Assembly: GCA_965237415.1 (NCBI GenBank)
Contig: CBDEFM010000001.1
Coordinates: 1 to 64,000 of the forward strand
DNA: 64,000 nucleotides
Direction: 5' to 3'
Origin: Alphaproteobacteria bacterium
Lineage (GTDB): Bacteria > Pseudomonadota > Alphaproteobacteria > UBA828
Shown: in pieces, positions 32,649 through 40,700 of the stretch
Numbering within the stretch: position 1 is the stretch's first letter
Layout: every line of letters starts with the position of its first letter
Notes under the pieces: generated by a model
The model's input: only the letters and a program-made list of their open reading frames with translations
Databases searched by the model: none
What the model was told of the DNA's origin: nothing
Position numbers and translations under genes: made by a program

Positions 32649-34169
32649 TCAGGAAACGGGGTAAGGCCGGCCCGGCCGGCCCACGGCCGCGAGGAACATG
32701 ACCGACTTGCCAGCCGCGTGGGGCGAGAAGAATGCGGTCACGTCGTCATCGAGGAAAGTCAGCCCCGTGGCCCCCAGACCCAGTGCATAGGCGGCGAGAT
32801 AGACCCTGCCGCCCCGTATCCCTCCTTCGAGCTCGGCCGCGCGATAGCCTCGGTCGCCGAAACGCGCCGTCACGCGTTGCAGGTCGGCGAGGAAGTAAAG
32901 GTTGACGCTGGCCTCGCCCGCCAGGTCCTGCCCCAGCGCCAAGGCCGTCGCTTCCACCCGAAACGTTCCCTCGCGGAGCGGCTCCAGCCCGCCGTGCGCG
33001 GGCCTGTATGCGTAGGTTCCCGCGGGGAGCCCGTCGACGGCGTTGACGATCAGATAGAGGTCGCAGAGGGACGCTCCGGAGGGCGCCAGAAAGTCCGCGG
33101 CAATGGCGCGGTCGGTCCGGTCCAGGATCGTCGAGAGCTCGGTGAAGGAGATGCTTTTGCCGGTGAACCGGCGGCTCGATCCGCGACGCCGGATCACGGC
33201 CTCCAGCGGCTCGGCCGGAACCGCATCGTCCGCCGCTGGTTGCAGGGGGACGAGCCGGTCTGGAGAGGCTTCGGTGCCTTCGTCCATGGCCCCGCGCCAC
33301 ACGGCCGCCTCGGCGCCGGTGTTCAGGCAGGAGGCGGCGTGAACCGCTGGAATGTCCGGGTACGCCACCTCGTAACGCGAGAGCGGCTCCGTCGACAGTC
33401 CGAGCGGGGCAAGCCGGGGAGGGGCCGCGGCCTGAGCCGGACCGCCGCGCCCGATCGGCACCAGCATCAGAGACGCCTCCTTCTCAGGATCGACGTCGAG
33501 CAGCCGGTTGACGGGGTCGTCGGCATAACCGGCCACCAAGGCGGCCGGGAGTTCCAGGGCCGCCGCCTGCGCCAGGAGGTTGGCCGCCATGCAGCCCGAA
33601 TCCCACCAGGCGTGGCGATAGGCACGCACCTGGTACTTCCAGGCGTTGCGCCACCACGTGCTCGTCAGGACCAGCACCACCGGCGCGTCGGCCACGGCGG
33701 CGGGCGCGCCGCTCGCGTCGATGAGGACCTGCCGGCAATCGCCCGGCCGTAGCAGGCACACTGAGGAATCCTTCGGCTGGAACTGATAGACGCCGGCCGG
33801 CAGGTCTTTCAGGTCGGCGCAGATCACGTAGACCTCGATGTGGTAGAGTGCGCCGGTGCAAGGCGCACCGCGGAACAGCATCTCGCCGCCCGGATAGCGC
33901 CGCCGTTTGGTGATGCCGACCGCCGACAGCAGACGCGCCAGCTCATTCCGGGCAGGAACCCGGTCGCCACCGGGGTGTGCTCCCGGTTCCGCCAGCGCGG
34001 CCAGCGCCGGAACCGCCGAGTCCGGCAGATCGGTCGAGAGCGGCTGGCGCGCCAAGTCGATATAGATCTTGAAGGGGTGCGGCATGTTCGCAAAGTCGAG
34101 GGAGTGGGGATTGGCGCGAATGCGCTCCCACGAATGCTTGGTGGACTCGTGGTAGTCCAAGGCCCTCAT
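32649..34169 (-). CDS. SagB/ThcOx-family dehydrogenase (tandem nitroreductase domains)
   Basis: YHESTKH, RGAPCTGALY.IE.Y, WKY..RAYR...D.G; second domain RRGSSRRF, GDRGYR. Confidence 0.85.
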   Translation of the reverse strand: MRALDYHESTKHSWERIRANPHSLDFANMPHPFKIYIDLARQPLSTDLPDSAVPALAALAEPGAHPGGDRVPARNELARLLSAVGITKRRRYPGGEMLFRGAPCTGALYHIEVYVICADLKDLPAGVYQFQPKDSSVCLLRPGDCRQVLIDASGAPAAVADAPVVLVLTSTWWRNAWKYQVRAYRHAWWDSGCMAANLLAQAAALELPAALVAGYADDPVNRLLDVDPEKEASLMLVPIGRGGPAQAAAPPRLAPLGLSTEPLSRYEVAYPDIPAVHAASCLNTGAEAAVWRGAMDEGTEASPDRLVPLQPAADDAVPAEPLEAVIRRRGSSRRFTGKSISFTELSTILDRTDRAIAADFLAPSGASLCDLYLIVNAVDGLPAGTYAYRPAHGGLEPLREGTFRVEATALALGQDLAGEASVNLYFLADLQRVTARFGDRGYRAAELEGGIRGGRVYLAAYALGLGATGLTFLDDDVTAFFSPHAAGKSVMFLAAVGRPGRPYPVS

Positions 34170-34179
34170 GATCCACCCG

Positions 34180-34956
34180 TCAGTGGTGCTCGGCCTGCCA
34201 TAGCGGCTTGCTCAGCTGCGCCGCGTAGCCGGACAGCATGACGTTGAAGCTCACGCTGATCCGGTCTCGATCGCCGCGGTTGGCGTCCACCGAATGCGGC
34301 AGCCACGCCGGGAACAGCAGGACCGTGCCCTCGCTCACCCGCACGACCACCTGGTCCGTATTGTCGGCGCTGAGCTCGACGACGGGCGGCCGCAGAATCC
34401 CCGTCTGGCTGCGCGGATCGTGAAAATTGATGGTGTCCCCGCCACTCGGCACCCGCACATAGTAGACGCCGCTCAGGAAGTTGTTGGGATGGCTGTGGAG
34501 CCCGTGTGCGGCGCCCGGCGCATTCATGTTGGCCCAGCAGCCGGTGATCTCGAACGCCACTTCGCCGATACGCAGATAGTCGAGGACGTCCCTCACGGTC
34601 ACGTCGATGCTTTCGATCAGTTCGTGAAACGCATCCAGCTTGTGCAAATCGTGCCCTGACTGCCAGCCGCGGCCTGCGGCCGGGGTGGCCATCCCGCGTC
34701 GCAGCGCGGCGAGCTTGGCAACGATCGCCTCGTTGATGCGGCGGCAGGCGTGGGGCCTGATCTCGGCCCTCCACACGACGGTCGGGAAGAGCCGCATCGC
34801 GCGGGCTTCCAAGATCGGGGACTGTTCCGTTCCCTCCACCGGCCGCCTCCGCCGCCGCTCCGCTTCAAGCGAGGCCACGCCGCCGACGCCAGGGAGGGCG
34901 ACCGGCGGTACCGCCACTCTATCAGTGTCGGTCCATTGCAGGGCGATATTCGACAT
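34180..34956 (-). CDS. Putative 2OG-Fe(II) oxygenase (TIGR02466-like); start uncertain
   Basis: LFPT, WAN, HSHPN..LSGVYY, F.DPR, LFPAWLPHSV, RISVSFN. Confidence 0.85.
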   Translation of the reverse strand: MSNIALQWTDTDRVAVPPVALPGVGGVASLEAERRRRRPVEGTEQSPILEARAMRLFPTVVWRAEIRPHACRRINEAIVAKLAALRRGMATPAAGRGWQSGHDLHKLDAFHELIESIDVTVRDVLDYLRIGEVAFEITGCWANMNAPGAAHGLHSHPNNFLSGVYYVRVPSGGDTINFHDPRSQTGILRPPVVELSADNTDQVVVRVSEGTVLLFPAWLPHSVDANRGDRDRISVSFNVMLSGYAAQLSKPLWQAEHH

Positions 34957-35100
34957 CCCGCCCCCGGCCGCCGCCTTTCGATGAAGCGGTCGTGACCTGC
35001 TCGCGTTCAGTCCGAGGGCCGTGACCCACGAGCCGAAGGGACCCGGGCCCGACTTCTCCGCCGCGTTCGCAACGGCTGTCGCTTGTGGTATTCCGGGGTC

Positions 35101-35655
35101 ATGGTGTGGATCAGGCCGGCAAGCCTATCGGACGCCTCCGCGATCGCCGACATCCAGGTCGAGACGTGGCGTGACACCTATGCCGGGCTGATCCCCGACA
35201 GGACGCTTCTGGGCCTGTCCCGCATGTGCCACATCGAGAGCTGGCGCCGGATCCTGCGTGACACACGGGCGGAATCTATCACGCGCGTGGCCGAGGGACC
35301 GGACTCCCGCGTCGTCGGCTTCGCCAACGCCGGCCGCGCGCGCCCGACGAACCTGCCCTATGACGGTGAGGTCTACACGCTCTATGTCCTGCCGGAACAC
35401 CAGGGTGCGGGTCACGGTCGGGGTCTGCTCGGCGCGCTGCTCTCGGCACTCTCGGCGGCCGGCTGTCGGAGCGCGTTGGTCTGGGTCTTGGCGGAGAACC
35501 CGGCTCGCTTTTTCTACGAGGCCATGGGCGGCACCCTCATCGCGACGCGGGAGGAGCCGTTCCACGGCGTCGTTCTCAGCGAGTGTGCGTATGGCTGGCC
35601 CGACCTCGGCCGCCACGCCGAAATGCGCACGTGGGCCTCCGACAGCAGCGGCTAG
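35101..35655 (+). CDS. GNAT N-acetyltransferase
   Basis: IRPA..D, W..TY.G, LYVLPEHQGAGHGR, WVL.EN.AR.FYE..GG. Confidence 0.88.
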   Translation: MVWIRPASLSDASAIADIQVETWRDTYAGLIPDRTLLGLSRMCHIESWRRILRDTRAESITRVAEGPDSRVVGFANAGRARPTNLPYDGEVYTLYVLPEHQGAGHGRGLLGALLSALSAAGCRSALVWVLAENPARFFYEAMGGTLIATREEPFHGVVLSECAYGWPDLGRHAEMRTWASDSSG

Positions 35656-36110
35656 TGTTCTGTCCCAGAGATAGATGATATATTTATGGGCAGTTTCCTG
35701 TCAGGAGTCTGAGCTGGCCTCGCCCTGAGGTGGCCCCGGAAAATCGGGCAGGTCGCTAAGGTGTGCGCCACTTACAAATCTGATTTGCGGTACACTGAGG
35801 CTGACGTAGGGTTGCAGTTTCATCCTGTATCATGGTTATGATACAATAGCTTAGGGTTGCTGTCAAGGACGAATGGGGCTGGTTCGAACGACACAGAGAT
35901 CGACAAAGTGACACTGAGGAGTTGCGCTGGGGGATCAGGTGTGGAAGTTGGACTGGAACATCTATACAATCCTGTTGATCCGATAGATGGGATCTGTACG
36001 TAACCTATAAGTGATACGAGTGGTATGGCTATGAGGATTTCCCGAGGAATCTGTGTGACAACGTTTTCCATATGGAGATCTGCTGTGTTGCAGCTGACGC
36101 AGGCTTTTTC
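35656..36110. promoter_or_regulatory. AT-rich non-coding region with several palindromes; candidate oriT/recombination site
   Basis: TGTATCAT-ggtt-ATGATACA (35826-35845), CAAATC-T-GATTTG (~35775), CATCTAT...ATAGATG (35959-35989); direct repeats ACACTGAGG and TAGGGTTGC; immediately upstream of the RHH-relaxase operon. Confidence 0.45.
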
Positions 36111-36125
36111 GGACGGATGGCGGCC

Positions 36126-36488
36126 ATGAGGGAGGATGCCAGCGGGCGCCGCCAGCGTGCCGTGATGGCGACCGATGAGGAGTGGGAACGGATCGGCCGG
36201 GCGGCTGCGGCGAGCGGCATGGACCTGTCGCGCTACGTGATCCATCGCGCGCTGGACCTGGCCCCTCTGCCGCCGGAAGTCCTGCGCCGGGCGGTGCGCG
36301 AGATGCTGGTGCTGTCCAGGCTGGAGGAGAGGCGGCTGCGCGGGGCCGGCGCCGGCGAGGCCTGGGAGGACGCTTGCGACGCGGTGGACGAATGGATCGA
36401 CCGGGAGGGCATGCTGGAGGGGCTGACCGATCCCGGCGCGGCGAACCGCTGGAAGGCGATTGGGCCGGCTGGAGAGGACGAGCCGTGA
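36126..36488 (+). CDS. Ribbon-helix-helix (MobC/TrwA-like) protein 1
   Basis: RQRAVMATDEEWERIGRAAAASGMDLSRYVIHRAL RHH pattern. Confidence 0.7.
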   Translation: MREDASGRRQRAVMATDEEWERIGRAAAASGMDLSRYVIHRALDLAPLPPEVLRRAVREMLVLSRLEERRLRGAGAGEAWEDACDAVDEWIDREGMLEGLTDPGAANRWKAIGPAGEDEP

Positions 36489-36796
36489 CGGAGGAGGCGG
36501 AGCGGTCCGGCAGGCGGCAGCGGAGCCTGCACTGCAAGCCTGCGGAGCAGGCGATGATCCGGGAGCGCGCGGCGGCGACGGAGAAGACAGTGTCGCGCTA
36601 TGTGATGGAGCTTGCGCTCGCCGACGATCCGGACCGCCATCCCCTGGTGCTGACGGAAGAGGAACAGGTGGAGCAGCAGGATGGGGTCCTGGAGTTGCAG
36701 GCATTGGCGCAGGCTCTCCGGCGCGAGCTTCCGGGCGGCAGCGGGCTGAGCCTGCTGAGCGCGATCTCCGTGCTTGCACGGGAGCGGGCGCCGTGA
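36485..36796 (+). CDS. Ribbon-helix-helix protein 2
   Basis: GTG overlaps the previous stop; RQRSLHCKPAEQAMIRERAAATEKTVSRYVMELAL. Confidence 0.7.
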   Translation: MTEEAERSGRRQRSLHCKPAEQAMIRERAAATEKTVSRYVMELALADDPDRHPLVLTEEEQVEQQDGVLELQALAQALRRELPGGSGLSLLSAISVLARERAP

Positions 36797-37248
36797 GACG
36801 GGCGCGGCGCCGCCGGAAGGTGGGCAAGCACATCTCGCTCTCGGCGACGGACGCGGATTGGGAGATCGTTCGCAGCAATGCAAAGCAGCGCGGCCTGTCG
36901 ATCGCGCGCTACCTGGTGGAGCTGGTGGAGCGGGACGCTTCGGAAGAGGACGCCGGTCCTGCGCTGGCGCTCGCGGCGGAAGAGCAGCGGGAGCAACTGG
37001 AGGCGGTGCGGGAGATTCGCGCGCTGATGCTGGAGGGGGAGGATGCGGGTCCCCTGGTGCGCGACATGCAGGAGCGGATCGCGGTGATGTTCGCCGCCTG
37101 GGCGTCTGCGATGGCCGGGTCGGGCCGCTCGGAAGAGCTGCGTGCGGCGCTCGCCTCGGTGCTGGGAGAGGAGCGAGCGCGCATCGCTGCGGCCTCGGTC
37201 GTGGCCTCGGTCGTGCCGTCTGCCGCGAAGCGGGCGAAGGTTCCGTAG
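36793..37248 (+). CDS. Ribbon-helix-helix protein 3
   Basis: GTG overlaps the previous stop; KHISLSATDADWEIVRSNAKQRGLSIARYLVELVE. Confidence 0.7.
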   Translation: MRRARRRRKVGKHISLSATDADWEIVRSNAKQRGLSIARYLVELVERDASEEDAGPALALAAEEQREQLEAVREIRALMLEGEDAGPLVRDMQERIAVMFAAWASAMAGSGRSEELRAALASVLGEERARIAAASVVASVVPSAAKRAKVP

Positions 37249-37361
37249 GCCGGCGAAGGGAAGACGGACCCCCGCCAGGACCGGCTGCTGTGAGGCGGAC
37301 TCCGTCTCCGCCGCGACCCCGGTGAGGTGCAGGAGGTCGTCCACACGAGAGGAGGGGTAGC

Positions 37362-37733
37362 GTGACTGCGGACCGCGACGGCAAGAGCAGACAAGGCCAG
37401 CCGGACCTCCTGGCGAGCCTGCCGGCGGAGCGTCCGCCCGCTTCGCAGCCGGCACCCGGTATCGATCCGGCCGCGATCGAGGAATTGCTGACCGGGGTGC
37501 GGGACCTCCGCGAGCAGGTGGCCGGACTGAGCCGTGTCGCCGAGGGAGCGGCGGCCGCCAAACAGCCGGCGCCAGTAACGCCGGAGGCGCTCGAGGCCTG
37601 GGGCGACAAGCTCGTGAGCCGTGTCGCCGAGGCCGCGCGGACCGCGGACGCACCGGGGGACGAGGCGGCGGCGTTCCCCCTCTCTGCCTCTGCCGCTCAC
37701 CGGCGCGGCCTTATCCGAGGCCTGAGCCGATGA
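37362..37733 (+). CDS. Hypothetical protein coupled to the relaxase
   Basis: GGAGGG RBS, GTG start, stop overlaps the relaxase ATG (ATGA); internal repeat TGAGCCGTGTCGCCGAGG twice. Confidence 0.55.
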   Translation: MTADRDGKSRQGQPDLLASLPAERPPASQPAPGIDPAAIEELLTGVRDLREQVAGLSRVAEGAAAAKQPAPVTPEALEAWGDKLVSRVAEAARTADAPGDEAAAFPLSASAAHRRGLIRGLSR

Positions 37734-40700
37734 CAGCCACGGTCGTGGTGGTTCGTTCGTCCGGCAAGGCGGTGATCTATTACGAGCGCGACGGCTACTA
37801 CCTCAAGAACGACCCCGAGCACCGCCAGGCGAGTTTTTGGTACGGGGATGCGGCGAAGGCGCTGGGGCTCAGGGCCCATGTGCGTCCGTCGCGCTTCGAA
37901 GCGGTGCTGTCGGGATACGTGCCCGGGACGGATCTGCGTCTCGGCCGGATGCGCGAGGGGCAGCACGAGCACCGGCCGGGCTGGGACATCACCCTGTCGG
38001 CGCCGAAGTCGGTGTCGCTGGAGGCGCTGGTGATGGGCGACCGCCGCGTGATCCGGGCTCACGACGAGGCGGTGCGCGCGACGCTCGACTTCGTGGAGGC
38101 GGAGCTTCTGCAGACCCGGGGCTGGGACCCGGCGACCCGCCGCCGCCCCCGGGTGAGCGCGAATGGCATGGTGGTGGCGGGGTTCCGGCATCTGGCGAGC
38201 CGCGACCAGGACCCGCAGCTGCACACCCACTGCGTGCTGGCCAACATGACGCGCACTGCCTCGGGCGAATGGCGGAGCGTGGAGCCGACGAAGATCCGCC
38301 GCAGCCAGAAGCTGATCGGAGCGTATTACCGGAACGAGCTGGCGCGGCGCCTCCAGGCGCTCGGCATGGCGGTGGCGCCGCGCATGGTGGGGCCGGTACC
38401 GGGGTTCGAGCTTGCGGGTTACGAGCGCTCGTTCATCGATGCCTTCTCGGGCCGGCGCCGGGCGATCCTGGAATACCTGGAACAAAAGGAGCTGTCCTAC
38501 ACGGCGGAGAATACGCAGATGGCGGCGCTGCACACGCGCCGGCGCAAGGAGGACCGGACTCTCGCGGACCTGGTGCCGGAATGGCGCGCGCGGGCCCAGG
38601 CACTGGGGCTGGTCCGGGAGAGAATGGCTCTGAGGCCACCCCGGCCCCTCGACCCGCTGACCGGCGAGCAGGTGAGAGTGCCGCGCGTGCCAGCGCCGGA
38701 CCTGCCGGCCAACGAGATCCGCAGCCAGAAGCGCGCGCCGGCGCTGCCGAAGCTGCCCCGCGACGGCGTTTCCGAAGGGGCGGAAGCGCGCCTCACAGGC
38801 GCGGGCTTCCGGGCGCCGGCGGAGCTGTTGCTGAAGCCGGAGCGGGGCGTTCTGGAGGCGGTGGCGCGGGCGGTGGCGCATGTTGCGGAGAGGCGCACCG
38901 CGGTCCCGGAGGCCGAGATCCGTGCGGTGGCGCTGGGACACGCGCCGGGGCGCTACACGCTGGCGGAGATCGACGCGGCGATCGCACGGCTTGTGCGTGA
39001 CGGCGAGCTGATCGAGGTGGAACGCCGGGGGATGGACCGGGCCTTCGTCACCGACCGGGCGGTGAAGGCTGAACGCCGCGTGCTGGCGTCGATGCGGGCG
39101 GGGCGCGGCAAGGGCATGGCGCTGGCGAACGGGGAGATGGTGGAGAAGCGGCTCGAGCCGTCGCGCCTCACCCGGGGCCAGAGGGAGGCGGTCCGCACGG
39201 TGCTGTTGTCGAACGACCTCGTGATCGGCGTGCAGGGCCATGCCGGCAGCGGCAAGACGACCATGCTGAGCGAGGTGAAGGAGCTACTCGGGGAGCGGAA
39301 GATACAGGGCCTGGCGCCGTCGGCCGTGGCCGCCCGGGTTCTCGCCAGGGAGGCCGGCATCCCCACGCGGACGCTGCAGTACTTCCTGACCCGCTTCGGC
39401 GACCTCTCGGACCCGGAGCGGCTGGCGCGGGCCCAGGCGGAGTACGCGGGCGCGGTTCTGGCGGTGGACGAGGCCTCGATGACCGGCAGCGTTCGCATGG
39501 AGGCGCTGCTGCGCGTCGCGCGCGCGCTGAAGGTGGCGCGGGTCGTGCTGGTGGGCGACACCAAACAGTTGAAGGCGGTGGATGCGGGGCAGCCCTTCCG
39601 TCTGCTGCAGAAGGCGGGCATGGCGACAGCGACGATGAAGGAGGTGAAGCGCCAGCGCGACCCGGAGCTGCGGGCTGCGGTGGGTCTTGCCCGGGAAGGG
39701 GAGCCGGGCGCGGCGATCGCGGGGCTGGGCAATCGGGTGCGCGAGGCGCCTCAGGAGGAGCTTGGGTTGGAGGCGGGGCGTCGCTGGCTCGCGCTGGCTC
39801 CGGAGCATCGGGCGGACACCCTGATCCTCGCCCCCACGCACGCGATCTGCCGGCAGGCGAACGAGGCCGTGCGCGAGGGGCTGGCGGAGGAAGGCCTGTT
39901 GAGGGGCCGCACACTCGCCGTCGACCGCCTGGTCAACCGGCGGCTCACCCGGGTGCAGGCCTCCGACATCCGGAGCTACGAGCCCGGCGACACCGTCGTG
40001 TTCCATCGCGACGTCTTCGGCTGCCGCGCGAACGACGTCTGCATCGTCATGGGCCACGACGACGGCAGGGTCGTGCTGGCCCATGCGGACGGCGAACGGC
40101 GGTTCCGGCCCTCGGGCAATGCGGCGGGCTATCTGGGCCTCTACGACACCGAGCGGATCGAGTTGCGTGCCGGCGACCTGATCCGCTGGACGCGCAACCG
40201 CAAGGCACCCCTCGCCCGCGGCAACCATCCCCAGGCGCCGGACCTGGTCAATGGCGGCGAGGCGGAGATCGTGGAGATCGGATACAAGCGGGTGCGCTTC
40301 CGCGACGGAGAGCGGGAGTTCAGTATCGCGCTCACCGACCCGCAGCTCCGCCATCTCGATCACGCGTATTGCTCGACCGTGCATTCTGCACAGGGCCGGA
40401 CGGCGCGGGGGGCGATCGCCGTGCTGGACGCAGGCGGCTGGGTCGACCCCGAGCTTTTTCATGTCGAGCTCAGCCGGGTCTCTGAGGCGTTCCTGCTGCT
40501 GACCGACGACCGGGAGGCGCTGACCGACGACCGGGAGGCGCTGATCGAGCGCCTTGAGGCGCAAGACTGGAGCGAGGACGGGGCGCTGGAGGCGTTGGGG
40601 ATCGACCTTTCCGAGCCCCCCGTGGTCGACCCCGAAGAGTTTGCGGCGCTGGCGGCGGACTGGCGGGCACTTCTGCGGGAGGGCGAGGAGAGGAACACCG

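Noticed and set aside
32649-34169. RiPP (azole) biosynthetic cluster
   Set aside because: No YcaO, E1-like protein or Cys/Ser/Thr-rich precursor nearby.
35818-35828. CATCCTG as a MOBP-type nic site
   Set aside because: The adjacent relaxase is MOBF, and a 7-mer match is expected by chance.
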